DNA of 64,000 bases from positions 2,543 through 66,542 of the IMG/VR virus record IMGVR_UViG_3300033066_002365; one strand, written 5' to 3'. Source of the stretch: a virus (Duplodnaviria > Caudoviricetes). The notes under the pieces are model-generated. The model was not told the DNA's origin. It made no database searches and saw only the letters and a list, made by a program, of their open reading frames with translations. This document shows, in pieces, positions 46,814 through 57,500 of the stretch. The position numbers and the translations under genes were made by a program. Within the stretch, counting starts at the first letter, position 1, and the number at the start of each line of letters is the position of its first letter.

Positions 46814-47896
46814 ATGTCTAAGTTAATTAAAGAATTTTTAGATTCCTTGAAAGAATACGAAACTCCAAAACCACCAAAGTTTGAACTTGAAACAAAGATT
46901 CAAATGATGGCAAGACTTGCAGTAGTTTCTGCCGTGCCTCAATCTGTCCAAGTGTCAGATGTTTTTTCTGGTCGCGAATCTCCAAACCTCAAAGTTACTT
47001 TTCGTGATTCAAAGTTGAGTTTAAACGGATGGTTTGCCTTCAAGGTTCTACCAACTCAAGAAGTTGAGATAGTTTGCGAAATTATGAAAAGAGAACCAGA
47101 GCAAGGTTTGAAAACGGACAGTCAGAAAATTCTCGTAAAGTTTGAAAGAATGGATATTCCTTTTGTAAAACAACTATTGTCTCATACAATTTCAGAGCTT
47201 TACACAAAAACTTTGCACAATGTTTTAGGAACAAACAACATGAAACAAAAAATGAAACCATCACTTTCTGTTACTGGAGAAGCAAAAAACAACAAATTTT
47301 CTTCGGTTCTTTTTGAAAATGACTCTATAGAAAATAAGCAATATCAAAAACTGTTTGACACAGCTTTAGAAGGAACTCAATGGATTGCTACAAGTTTTCA
47401 AAATCCTTGGAAAAACTACTGGACAGCCAATATTGAACCATCTCACGAAGTAAAAAATCACAGAGATTTTAAAGTTAAATCTGCGGAGTGGAGCAACTAC
47501 GACGAAACAGATTCAACACCAACGTCAGATGATCTTTATCATGATGACAAGTCTGTTCGCGGAAGAATTGAACTAATGAAACAAAAAGACGGTTCTTATA
47601 CCTTGGATTTTTATCCGGGTTTCAAACAAACAGTTACAGTTTCATCCCCAGAAGAAATCGTTTTAGCAATCAGAAAACATCTGGATCTTTTGAAGAATGG
47701 CAAGATGGCGCAAGTATCCGAAGCATCTGTAATGCCAACAGATGACTATTCTTCTCCAAACGATCAGTATGTTGCTCATAAAGAAAAACAGAAAAACAAA
47801 AGAGAAGGCGAACAAGGTTACGATCACACTTCAGATTTTCTAAATTCTTTGTCAACACCAAACAGAATTACAACCAATCCTGGCAGAAGATTCTAA
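46814..47896 (+). CDS. Hypothetical multidomain protein with L-x-E motifs
   Basis: MSKLIKEFLDSLKEY and internal SVLFEND; TATTTA upstream. Start placed at ATG 46814. Confidence 0.6.
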   Translation: MSKLIKEFLDSLKEYETPKPPKFELETKIQMMARLAVVSAVPQSVQVSDVFSGRESPNLKVTFRDSKLSLNGWFAFKVLPTQEVEIVCEIMKREPEQGLKTDSQKILVKFERMDIPFVKQLLSHTISELYTKTLHNVLGTNNMKQKMKPSLSVTGEAKNNKFSSVLFENDSIENKQYQKLFDTALEGTQWIATSFQNPWKNYWTANIEPSHEVKNHRDFKVKSAEWSNYDETDSTPTSDDLYHDDKSVRGRIELMKQKDGSYTLDFYPGFKQTVTVSSPEEIVLAIRKHLDLLKNGKMAQVSEASVMPTDDYSSPNDQYVAHKEKQKNKREGEQGYDHTSDFLNSLSTPNRITTNPGRRF

Positions 47897-47921
47897 ACTG
47901 AGATTAAAAGGATTTATTTAA

Positions 47922-48650
47922 ATGGAATACAAAGATGACGGAGCTTGGGTAAACAAATTTCAAGCCCTCAGACAACAAAATCAAAACAAGAGAACTGGAA
48001 GAAACGTTGTGACCGAAAGACCAGAATCTCCAAATCAACGTTTGGCACAACAGGGAATTGTTCCACCTGTGCCACCCGGAGGTATGCCTGCAATTAGAAG
48101 CTTTAACACTCAAGCTCTAGAAAATGCTGGACAAATGATGGCAATGCAAGCACAACAATATGGAAACATGCCTGACGATGGTGGTTATCCAATGCCAATG
48201 ATGATGCCACAACAGCAACCACAAGTTCAACAACCACAACAACAAGCTCCTGTTCGTCTAAGACTTGGAAATCCCATGTTTCAAAAGCTAAAGTTGAACG
48301 GGTTTGCTGAAGGTGGGCCAGTGATGCTCTGTAGACAGTCAGGTCAAATTCCACAAGGAATGGAACAACAAGAGTTTGTGATTCGTGGAGTAAGAAATTG
48401 TTATGTGGTTCCACTTAACGAGACAAGAATTGATCTTCAGGTTATCAACAACTCTTCTCACCTCTGGACACAGTTGGTTGAGGTTGTAAATGGCTTTGGT
48501 CAACCGTACCTTGTGCCACAACAAGCTTTGTACAGAGTTTCTGGACAACAAGGAGGAAATGGTCCTCAAGTAATGTCTGATTCAAGAATGAACAATGGCA
48601 ACAGACAACAGCCTGCTTCATCATTCGGCAAGAATGTACTTTTCGGATAA
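47922..48650 (+). CDS. Gln/Pro/Gly/Asn-rich low-complexity protein
   Basis: MPDDGGYPMPMMMPQQQPQVQQPQQQAP; QQGGNGPQ tail flanking a folded core. Confidence 0.7.
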   Translation: MEYKDDGAWVNKFQALRQQNQNKRTGRNVVTERPESPNQRLAQQGIVPPVPPGGMPAIRSFNTQALENAGQMMAMQAQQYGNMPDDGGYPMPMMMPQQQPQVQQPQQQAPVRLRLGNPMFQKLKLNGFAEGGPVMLCRQSGQIPQGMEQQEFVIRGVRNCYVVPLNETRIDLQVINNSSHLWTQLVEVVNGFGQPYLVPQQALYRVSGQQGGNGPQVMSDSRMNNGNRQQPASSFGKNVLFG

Positions 48651-48689
48651 TGAAGTGTTGGAGAGTCGGTGGAAACCGTAGAAATGAAA

Positions 48690-48720
48690 AAATTCCTGAA
48701 AGAAACCCTGTCAGGAATTT
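48690..48720. terminator. Hairpin between convergent genes
   Basis: AAATTCCTGA-N11-TCAGGAATTT. Confidence 0.5.
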
Positions 48721-49004
48721 GAGACGCTAGAAGATGTTGAAAATACGCCTGCTAAACTTTTTTGACCAAACGCAATAAAAGTTACAAGATTCATTGCCTG
48801 TGTGAATGGTCCAAGATAACTTTTAAAACCACCCACTTCTTTTAAAGACAAAAATCCAAAAATCATCACAGCAACATTGATAAGCAAAGCAAGGATAAAG
48901 CCTTTTCGTGCGTCTATTTGCCATCTGTTTACAAACATTTTGTAACTAAAAACCAATGCCACGAAACAGAACAAAACAAACAACATGTTGAAGATTAACA
49001 TCAT
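48711..49004 (-). CDS. Small membrane protein (2-3 TM)
   Basis: Hydrophobic stretches LIFNMLFVLFCFVALVF and FILALLINVAVMIFGF. Confidence 0.6.
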   Translation of the reverse strand: MMLIFNMLFVLFCFVALVFSYKMFVNRWQIDARKGFILALLINVAVMIFGFLSLKEVGGFKSYLGPFTQAMNLVTFIAFGQKSLAGVFSTSSSVSNS

Positions 49005-49039
49005 ATTATTTGTATGTATGTAGGTTGTTGTGGTTTCTA

Positions 49040-49576
49040 CTAGACTGATTCGTTAAAAGAAGTAAACAGACCAGAGTGTTTGTAACTCCACACTTCAAAA
49101 ACTTTATTTGTTGTGGGATTTTTTAAAGAAAGAATAACCTGTCCCCATCTTCCGGCTTTCTTCACGTGAGAGACAACTTCAAACACACCAACAAATTCTT
49201 TATTTTTTGAATCAATTGAAACTTTTTTTGGAGGATTGGTTTTAGAGAACATTTCTTTGATTTTTAAATGCATGTCCATGTTCTGCGCTGCTGGCGCAGA
49301 CGAGTTTTCTATTTCGCTCAAAGACCCAAAAAAATCTCCGTTTAGTTTTATGCTACAAATACTCTTGTTATCTTTTGTGGAAAGTTTCATTTGATTGTTG
49401 TTTTCAACGTTTTGAAGCGTTGCAACTAAACACATTCCATTTTTACCACGTCCAGTAACAACTTCTAGAACCTTGTAAGTACCGGAAGCAGCACCAGCCA
49501 CAGAAACACAATTCAACTCAAGAGAATCACCCGATTTAGCTGCTTTTAATACGTTTCTTAGTTGTTCTTTTTCCAT
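49040..49576 (-). CDS. Hypothetical protein with two related beta domains
   Basis: GTYKVLEVVTGRGKNG...LQN and GVFEVVSHVKKAGRWG...LKN are similar. Confidence 0.65.
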   Translation of the reverse strand: MEKEQLRNVLKAAKSGDSLELNCVSVAGAASGTYKVLEVVTGRGKNGMCLVATLQNVENNNQMKLSTKDNKSICSIKLNGDFFGSLSEIENSSAPAAQNMDMHLKIKEMFSKTNPPKKVSIDSKNKEFVGVFEVVSHVKKAGRWGQVILSLKNPTTNKVFEVWSYKHSGLFTSFNESV

Positions 49577-49604
49577 ACGTTTTCGTTATATCATCTCCTG
49601 TTCC

Positions 49605-49775
49605 TTATTCGTTTATCTGTCTCTTAATAAAAGTTAGAAGTTCTTCAATGGAAGTAACCATAACAAAATCTTCTTTTCCTTTCATTACTAATTTGCCGTT
49701 GATTGCTAAGTTAATTTTGTTGTCGGACACCCAAATTGAAACTTTGCTTTTATCGTCAAACTTTTCTATGTTCAT
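49605..49775 (-). CDS. Small hypothetical protein (56 aa), missed by the ORF track
   Basis: Read manually: MNIEKFDDKSKVSIWVSDNK...LLTFIKRQINE. Fits the local minus-strand gene order better than the + ORF 49648-49875. Confidence 0.5.
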   Translation of the reverse strand: MNIEKFDDKSKVSIWVSDNKINLAINGKLVMKGKEDFVMVTSIEELLTFIKRQINE

Positions 49776-49872
49776 CTTGATTTCTTTTCTTAAAGATAAA
49801 ATAGAGAGACAAAACCGAGTTCTGTTGAACAGAGTGCATCACGTTGGGAGAAAAGTCAACCTGTACCTTAAA

Positions 49873-49944
49873 TAAAGTGCAGTTTACTTCTGGGTTGGGA
49901 GTGTGGGAATGTTGTTGGAGTGAGTTTGGATAAAGTGCAGTTTA
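49873..49944 (-). repeat. Copies 3 and 4 of the near-palindrome flanking a C-rich tract
   Basis: Minus strand: TAAACTGCACTTTA-TCCAAACTCACTCCAACAACATTCCCACACTCCCAACCCAGAAG-TAAACTGCACTTTA. Confidence 0.8.
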
Positions 49945-49967
49945 ATCTGAAAAGACTAAATTAGATG

Positions 49968-50357
49968 TTAGTCACGAGTTGAGTGGAAGCCTTCGCCCGG
50001 TTCCTGATTGACAAACTCTCTAAAGACTCCTGGGGTTAGGTGAGAGATATAGAAAGCAACGTCACTAGGAACAACTCCATCTTTCAAGGCTTTGATAATT
50101 GTATCTTTATTGCCTGAAAGTATTTCTTCTTTGGTTCTATTCAAATTTGTGTAATCTGTTCCAATATAATCAGCAACTTTTCTTATTTGGTTTCCAAGTT
50201 CGCCTTCATCTACTTCGTTATCATTTTGATCTGAACCTTGAAAGTAAGAAAGTTCCTGAGCATCTGCTGGATCATTTGTTTCTGGTTCATCCATTCCAAA
50301 ATCAAGCAGTGCACTGTCAACAAATTTTTCTAAAAGTATATTAATTTTCATTGTAAT
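49968..50357 (-). CDS. Acidic hypothetical protein
   Basis: Start placed at MKINILLEKF, 7 nt after the tube stop. Confidence 0.55.
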   Translation of the reverse strand: MTMKINILLEKFVDSALLDFGMDEPETNDPADAQELSYFQGSDQNDNEVDEGELGNQIRKVADYIGTDYTNLNRTKEEILSGNKDTIIKALKDGVVPSDVAFYISHLTPGVFREFVNQEPGEGFHSTRD

Positions 50358-50364
50358 AAACCTA

Positions 50365-50853
50365 TTAGTATTGTAGAACGAAGTTATCAAAGCGAATTGT
50401 TAGTGAAATTTCAATCATGTCTGAACCTTCACTTGTAAGATCACCAAAATTTGCTTCTGTTACGAAAGCACCTTTAATGTCCCAAAGTTCCACCTGAGTT
50501 CCAACTGGATCCAGAACTCTAATCTGTACGTCTCTCTTATAGAAGTCTGCATAGCCAGCGCGTCCAGAAACAGATTCATAACAAAGTCTCAACCACTCCA
50601 TAACCTGTTGACTTCCTGAAGGCGAGATTGGATCGTGAAGTGTTACTGCCATTGTTCCAAAAGTTGTTTTTCCTGCCACGTATCTTGTTGTATTGATCCA
50701 GTTGATTGCAACTTCTTCTGTGGTTACTTGTGGTCTTGCTGCTGATTTAACAAGAAAACTGTCAATTCCTTCAATTGCCAAGACATACTGTCTTTTGGCT
50801 TTTGGTTGGAACTTAACAGGATTCATGTCTTCTACGGGTAAGGTTCTTGCCAT
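50365..50853 (-). CDS. Tail tube protein (T4 gp19-like)
   Basis: PKAKRQY, RYVAGK, TLHDPI, VMEW, FYKRD, LDPVG...ELW...GAF...NFGDL, TIRFDN. Confidence 0.9.
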   Translation of the reverse strand: MARTLPVEDMNPVKFQPKAKRQYVLAIEGIDSFLVKSAARPQVTTEEVAINWINTTRYVAGKTTFGTMAVTLHDPISPSGSQQVMEWLRLCYESVSGRAGYADFYKRDVQIRVLDPVGTQVELWDIKGAFVTEANFGDLTSEGSDMIEISLTIRFDNFVLQY

Positions 50854-50888
50854 ATTGTTTTAACTCTTTTTGATAGATATTTCTTGTT

Positions 50889-50932
50889 TTTAGTTCTTGT
50901 ACAAATAAAACAATCTTTGTACAAGAACTAAA
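50889..50932. terminator. Long stem-loop, terminator of 50975-51457
   Basis: TTTAGTTCTTGTACAAA-N10-TTTGTACAAGAACTAAA. Confidence 0.65.
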
Positions 50933-50974
50933 TCAATAATTTAAGTTTGTTGGGGATTGGAAAGAAAGGAAAGA

Positions 50975-51457
50975 TTATTTTTGAGCTAGAGCTTCTTTGG
51001 CAACTTCAAGAATTGAATCATCTTTTGATGAATACCATTCTTTAAGAAGTTCTTCTGTTTTTTGAAAGTCTGCTTCTGTTAGTTCTGCAACAGACTTGTA
51101 TTTTTCAAGATCTTTCACAGAAACATCTTTCTTTTCGGTAAGGACTTTTGCAAACTTAACTGCAAGTTCTTGTCTGTCAGTTAGTTGTACAGAAGGTGTT
51201 GCTGATTCTGTTACGACAGTTTGTTCTTGTTTTTGTGACTTTGAATATCCCAAGTCTTCACAAATTGCTGCTTTGGCAGGAACTCTAGAAATTTTATTCA
51301 TTTCTTGAAGTTTTGACTCAACAATACTACGAACTTTTTCTTTAAGTTCTTTACTCGTAATCTTGATGGTGCCCTTGCTGCTGTTGTTTTTCTTTTCAGA
51401 AGCTTCTTTTACTATCTTCTGAAATTGTTTCTTTGTAACTTTAATTGTCTTTGTCAT
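50975..51457 (-). CDS. Basic protein with repeated head-targeting-like N-terminal motif
   Basis: TIKVTKKQFQKIVKEA and TIKITSKELKEKVRSIVE..LQE; VVTES, VLTE. Confidence 0.65.
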   Translation of the reverse strand: MTKTIKVTKKQFQKIVKEASEKKNNSSKGTIKITSKELKEKVRSIVESKLQEMNKISRVPAKAAICEDLGYSKSQKQEQTVVTESATPSVQLTDRQELAVKFAKVLTEKKDVSVKDLEKYKSVAELTEADFQKTEELLKEWYSSKDDSILEVAKEALAQK

Positions 51458-51489
51458 GTTTCAATCTTTCTGTAGAGTTAATTATTTGA

Positions 51490-54400
51490 TTAACCTACTT
51501 GAGCTCCTACGTTGTTGTTCAAAACGAAGTCAAGAGATACGAATTCTAGAGTCTTGGTTGGTGCAACCCAAATTTTGCCTCTAATTGTCTTGTTTTGGAT
51601 ATCTGCTTCTGTGGTTGTCGTTGTGTCAATATCAACCTGAAAGTTATCCACGCCTTTTTGAGTCTTGATTTCACGAAGAATTGGAGTTACCAAATCCTTG
51701 AATTGTTGAAGAGTTGCTTCTCTGTTTTGTTGAAACAAAACTCTGAGCGCAACTTTTCTAACTCTTCTTCTCAATTCAATCAAGAGACGACGAACGTTAA
51801 TTCTATCAAATGCTGATGATTTTGCAAGAAGTGTTTTCTGTCCCCAAACCACAGGACCACGACCAGGGAAAGTTGTTAGAGAATTGATTGACACACTGTA
51901 CAACGAGTCAAGATTTTCTTGATTCAACTGAACAGCCACACTATCTGTAGTTCCAAGAGCACCTCTTGAGAAACCTGCTGGAGCGTACCATGGGTGAGCC
52001 AGGGCATCGTTCTTTCCAAATGCACCAAGAACAGCAACAGATGGAGGAACTTGAACCAAGCTTCTGTTGACAGTATCTCTCAAAATAACGTCTGGGAAGT
52101 AAGCTGCCGCATAACTTGAGTTAAGACCACGATTTCTAAATCCCGAAACTGTGTTTTTGACGCTAATTTGTTGGGAGTCTGTTGTAACTTTTGAGTTGAT
52201 GTAATCTCTCTGTTCAATGTCCATGACAAACAAAGCATCAAAACGATTTTCTACCATGTTTGTAGCCAAGTCTGTAAGATATGGAACACGAATATCAGGC
52301 ATTGCCAGAAGTTGAATTGAGGTTTCTGAAATGTCGCTTAGAATGTCAAGAGCTTTTGTGTAACTCTTGACAGTTGGTCCGTTTGTTAATCCTCTGTTTG
52401 CGTATTCCATCTCTTGAGTGACGGCAGCATTGGAAAAAGTTGTGCAATCTTCATCAAACACACGAACTCCGTCAAAACCACCTTCAGCAAACAAGGTAAA
52501 CTTTGCCACGTTTCTTACTGATGGTTCTGTGAGATCTGAAACTCTGAGTGCTCTTGTTAGATCAGATGTGTTTGTTGGAATTGAACCAGTTCTCACATAT
52601 GTCCAATTTTCAAGTTGAGTTACATCTGGAAGAGAGGTGTTTGAGTTGTAGATAACCTGTACTTTTTCAAGAGAGAATGCGTTGTTGCAGAACAAAGATG
52701 CATCCAGCACACCATTTTCAGGAGTTGAAGCAGTTCCTTCATTGTCTCTCACAACAACATTCATCCAAGTTGTTTGAAAGTTTGGATAATACTTGTTGAA
52801 TGATTCAATTGAATCATTGAAGATCAAAGAGTTGTTGGGTGTTCTTGGATCAACAACGGTTTCAAACTGTACACCCCAGTACAAATTTCTATCTGCTCTA
52901 ACCGAACTTCGTCCACCTTTGGTTAAGTTTTTTCTAAATGGAACTGGTGGCTGAATTATCTTCTGTGTTGGGTTTGAACCTTGAAGATAGTTTGTGTCAA
53001 CCAGGGCAGGAAACACAGCAGTACCAGAAGTAACCAAGTGTTGATGACCACCAAAAGCAACTGGAAGTGCAGTTGGATTCATCTCTTCGTTTTTTACCAA
53101 GTCAGAAATTTCAACACGAATAAAGTTTGAATTGTTGGAATATTCTCCAGTTGTTACAAGACGTTGCTTACCTTCAGAAGTGTCAAAGTTAAAATAAGTG
53201 TGATTGTCACCAATTATTTTTCCAATATAGTTTGATGAATTTGGATCAAGATTTAATCCTCTCCACTGTTCTAGAATTACTTTTGCATTGTCATTGTCAT
53301 AGAAATCTCTAACAACAACATCAAATGTTCCAAATTGATAAGTGTCGGTTGTTGATGGGGCAATGTTTTCAATTGAAAATTTGGCTTTTGTATTTGAGGC
53401 TGAACCGTCATCCAACATCCAAATTTTAAATAGATTTTGCTGAATTCCACCAAAATTTTGTGATTTTATCCATGGAGTGCTTGCTGCTCTAAATCTGTCT
53501 TGAAAATTTTCAAAATTTGGTACAGTTGTTGATCCACTGTTTCTTGAAACTGAACTTGTAAGCAAAAAAGCGATGTTTTCAAGACCATTTCCTAGTTGCG
53601 CTGCTCCTGAAACGGCGTTTACAAAACTAGATCCAGTAACATAAGCTTGCTTTGGTTGAATGTCAAAACTTGAATAAAGAACGTAACCAGCTTCTTCCAT
53701 TTTCAGTGGATCACGGTTGAAAACGTTTCCAAAATAATTTGCAGCATTCAAGTCAAATGAAGCTGTTAAACATCTTGGATAGGTTGCAGTTTGTTTGTGT
53801 CCGTTAAGCAACATAACAAACTCCTGTTTCCCAGAAGAAAGATTAACGCTCCCTGAATGAAAACCAAAGAGAGCCCCAGATTGAGCGACGTTGTCTGAAG
53901 TTAAACCGCTATCAACATTTGATGCTGAAAGAGTTAAAATAACACCAGAAGCAGCAAACAGAATTCCTCTGGTGATAACCGCCTGTGATCCAAGACCAGC
54001 TTCAGAAAAAAATGTTGAACTATAATCTGAATTTTCTGTCATTGCAGCAGCCAGGAAGAATGTTCTTCCTGGACTTCCAAACAAAGAAGGAATTCCAGAA
54101 GTTTTAGCAAAAGTGTTGTGTCCAAGAGCGCCAGACAAAGTTACTTGTGGTTGTTGGTCTCCAACAAGAAATCCTGCGCCGTCAACTTGTCCAGTGTTTG
54201 TTCCGCTTTGATTTCTTCTTGTTCCTTGACCTGCTCCCAAAACTCTTAATTGCAAAAATGATTGTTGTGTAGACAACCATTCTTTTGCGGCAAGAGCTCC
54301 AAATTTTGCTCCTTCAACTGGATTTCCAAAGACTGTGGTGTAGTCAGGGAAAGTTGGAACGGTAGTTGGTACAAATGCTGGACCTTTTTGTGTTGGAGAA

Positions 54401-54495
54401 ATTACAGCAGCAGGAACACCAACAGGTGAGTTACTTGTTGGCCCTGTGTTGTCAATTTCTCTTGATCTTACGTTTGGGCTTGTTGTTTCAGACAT
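51490..54495 (-). CDS. Contractile tail sheath protein 1 (T4 gp18-like, 1001 aa)
   Basis: SPNVRSREID, GPAFVPT, HPWYAPAG.SRG, FDRINVRRLL, PTKTLEFVSLDF. Confidence 0.93.
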   Translation of the reverse strand: MSETTSPNVRSREIDNTGPTSNSPVGVPAAVISPTQKGPAFVPTTVPTFPDYTTVFGNPVEGAKFGALAAKEWLSTQQSFLQLRVLGAGQGTRRNQSGTNTGQVDGAGFLVGDQQPQVTLSGALGHNTFAKTSGIPSLFGSPGRTFFLAAAMTENSDYSSTFFSEAGLGSQAVITRGILFAASGVILTLSASNVDSGLTSDNVAQSGALFGFHSGSVNLSSGKQEFVMLLNGHKQTATYPRCLTASFDLNAANYFGNVFNRDPLKMEEAGYVLYSSFDIQPKQAYVTGSSFVNAVSGAAQLGNGLENIAFLLTSSVSRNSGSTTVPNFENFQDRFRAASTPWIKSQNFGGIQQNLFKIWMLDDGSASNTKAKFSIENIAPSTTDTYQFGTFDVVVRDFYDNDNAKVILEQWRGLNLDPNSSNYIGKIIGDNHTYFNFDTSEGKQRLVTTGEYSNNSNFIRVEISDLVKNEEMNPTALPVAFGGHQHLVTSGTAVFPALVDTNYLQGSNPTQKIIQPPVPFRKNLTKGGRSSVRADRNLYWGVQFETVVDPRTPNNSLIFNDSIESFNKYYPNFQTTWMNVVVRDNEGTASTPENGVLDASLFCNNAFSLEKVQVIYNSNTSLPDVTQLENWTYVRTGSIPTNTSDLTRALRVSDLTEPSVRNVAKFTLFAEGGFDGVRVFDEDCTTFSNAAVTQEMEYANRGLTNGPTVKSYTKALDILSDISETSIQLLAMPDIRVPYLTDLATNMVENRFDALFVMDIEQRDYINSKVTTDSQQISVKNTVSGFRNRGLNSSYAAAYFPDVILRDTVNRSLVQVPPSVAVLGAFGKNDALAHPWYAPAGFSRGALGTTDSVAVQLNQENLDSLYSVSINSLTTFPGRGPVVWGQKTLLAKSSAFDRINVRRLLIELRRRVRKVALRVLFQQNREATLQQFKDLVTPILREIKTQKGVDNFQVDIDTTTTTEADIQNKTIRGKIWVAPTKTLEFVSLDFVLNNNVGAQVG

Positions 54496-54526
54496 CTTTT
54501 TATTCTACTCTGGTTAATAGATAGTT

Positions 54527-57500
54527 TTAACTTCCGAAGCTCACACCAGAAGGTGTAACAAAGAAGTCAATAAAAATGAATTCAACAGAACGAGTTGGTT
54601 TAAACTCAATTCTTCCGTTGATTCTGTTTGCGTTCACGTCGTTTTCGGTATTGTTGGTTCCGTCACAAACAACATTGAATCTTTCAATTCCTTGTTTTAC
54701 TTGAACTGAAGCCATCAAAGATTTGATGTTAGAATTCAAGAGATCGTACAAGTCTTGAGTAATGTTTTCAAAGACAATGTTTTGGGCAGCGGCTACAACC
54801 ATTGATTTAACTTCAAGAACCATTCTTTTCACGTTGATAGTTTCAAGAGCAGATCTACCAAGTTTTGCAGTTCTTTGCGAGAAAATGACATAACCTTCTC
54901 CTGGCAACTTGATGATTGGATTGATTCTTGCTTCATTCAACAAGTTTTGATCTGGTTGGTTTAATCTTACCTGAGTAAGTTTTACACTGTCCAAACTTGC
55001 TCTGTTCAAACCTGCTGGTGCCCACCACGGATACGAAACTTTGTCTGTATAACTCAAAGCCGTTAAAGCCGGAACAGAAGCAGGAAGTGTAACTCTTTTT
55101 CTATTTGAGTCTTCCATGACAACGTTTGGAAAATAAAAGCCAGTTGCGTCGTTGTCAATGTTTCTTGCAGTGAAAGTAAATGCTGTATTTTCTGCATCAA
55201 TTGTTGTTGTTTCAGAATCAAAAATTCTTGTTGCGTTGTCATCATATGCTGGCGCCTCTGAAACAAAGAAGGCCAGTTGGTTTTTATTTTTCACAAGATC
55301 TGCAACGTAGTCAACAACAAGTGGTTCACGAATTCCTGGGAAGGCGAAAACATTTGCATTGGTGATTCTTGGATCTGTTGCAATGTCTGCTGCTGTCTTG
55401 AAAGACTGAACCGAAGCATTTGCGTTTGAAATACCAGAATAGTTGATAGTAGCTCCAGGAGATGTATATGAATTTGAAGCACCGCCATTTCTGGTTGCGC
55501 TTGACTCCGTACTTGTGGCTACGTCGTTTAGTTGGTTTGTTTCAAAGATGTTTGTACCATCCCAGCCACCATACATTAGTGTTGTAAATTTTGTAAAATC
55601 TGCAAATTTGTTAAACAGAGAAATTACATCTGTATCGCTGTAGTTCTTAAAATTAACAACCGAAGCCAGAGTAACTCTTGTTGATGAACCATCCAACACA
55701 GTATAATTTTGTGATTCTGGTGTTCCATTTCTAATGTATGCCGCGCCCTTCATGACAGTTTCAGAAGAAACATTCAACAGATCTCCAACGGATGAATAAG
55801 CTGGATCAAAAGAAATTTTTGCAAGTGTGAATTTGTTGTTGTTGAACTGGTCACAGAAAGAACCAGAAACAAGAACATCCAGTTTTTCAATTCCCTGAAA
55901 TTTACTATAAGCTTCAACAATTGGATTTGGAAGTGAAACGATGTTTGGATTTGTTACATTTGTGTTTCTTTCAAATTTAACTCCCCAAAACAAACGATGA
56001 TCAACAATTTCACTTGAACCAGGATCTCCAGAGAAAGTTGGAGAATCCGAAACTGCGCCTCTTGTAATTTTAAAACGAAAAGGTAGAGGAGGAACAATGC
56101 TGCTTGAAACAACAGATGCCGAACCAGAACCGGCCAATCTTGCTGACAATGCAACATTTCCCGTGTCTGTCAAAGAGGAATTTGTGTTGATGACAGGAAC
56201 GCCTCTAAAGCCGAAAGGAAGAGACTGCGGTGGAACATTTTTGCGTTTAACGGCATCAGAGACAGAAATACGAATAAATTTTGACTTGTTTCCAAACTGT
56301 CCAACTTGAATCAATCTTTTGTCGTCTTCATTTTCAACATCAAAATTATAGAATACTTTCTTATCTCCTATTACTTTTGCGATATAGTTTTCTGATTCTG
56401 GATTGATTGAAAGTCCATTGAACTGTTCAAGAATTTTTTGATCAAAATCTGTGTCGTTGATATCACGAACAATCAAAGAGAAGGTTCCAAAAGGATTTTT
56501 TGGATCTGAACTTAGTTTCAGGGAACCGATTGAAATTTTAAACTTACCAGAACCAGCAAATCCATCGTCAAGTGCCTCAACAGAAAACAAATCATGTTCA
56601 GTTGAACCAAATGGTTGTGAAATGAATGAAGGAGTTTTGGCTGTTGTAAATCTTGTGTCAAAACGACCAAAAGCTTCTCTCATTCCAATAATAAGCCCAG
56701 AATTGGCGCTTTGTAAATCTGATCCAGACAAAATCATTACAGAACCATTGTTTCCTGACCCTGATGCAACAGATGCCAACTCAGCATCTACGGCAAAATC
56801 AAGATACAACAAGTGTTTTTCAGCTTCAAATCTTGTTGGATCAGTATTCAGAATTTTTCCAATGTAAGAGTTATCACTTGGATTAAAAGAAGCAGTAAAA
56901 ATTTTAATGCCTGCAAATCCATCAGTTTTTGCAAAAGTTGAACCAGCAGAAGTTGACAGAACAAGCTTGAAGTTTCTGTATGTTGGATTTGCAGGAGTGT
57001 TGTCAATTGTTGCGGCGTCATCAATTGATGGAGCAAAAGTTTCGTTTGTGTCCATCACCATAAAACGACTGTCGTAAGCCGTAAACAAAGCTGCTCTAAC
57101 AAGTCTCGCCGCATCTGAGGGTAGAGCAAAACTGCTGTTGTCTGAAAACATTGGAAACCCAACAGCTTCAGAGCTAGAAACAATGTGTTTTGCGGCAAGA
57201 AATTGAACATACCCCTTGTGACGGTTATCTCCGTTGCCAACAACAGAGCCAATAACCTTCATGCCAGCATTTTTAACAATTCCCGCTGTTCTTGTTGCTT
57301 CAATTTCGGTAGAATTCTGAGAAGCGCCCGCACCGAGAACTCTTGTGAAAGTTACTGCACGGCCATTTTGCAAAACTTCTTTTGCGGCGAACAAAGATGG
57401 GTTTTTTTGATTTGCTTCTCCAAACAGTGCTACCAAGTCTGAGTAGGAACCGACTGTCATTGGTGTGAAAGCTCTGCCTTTTGTTGAAGAACCAACGATT

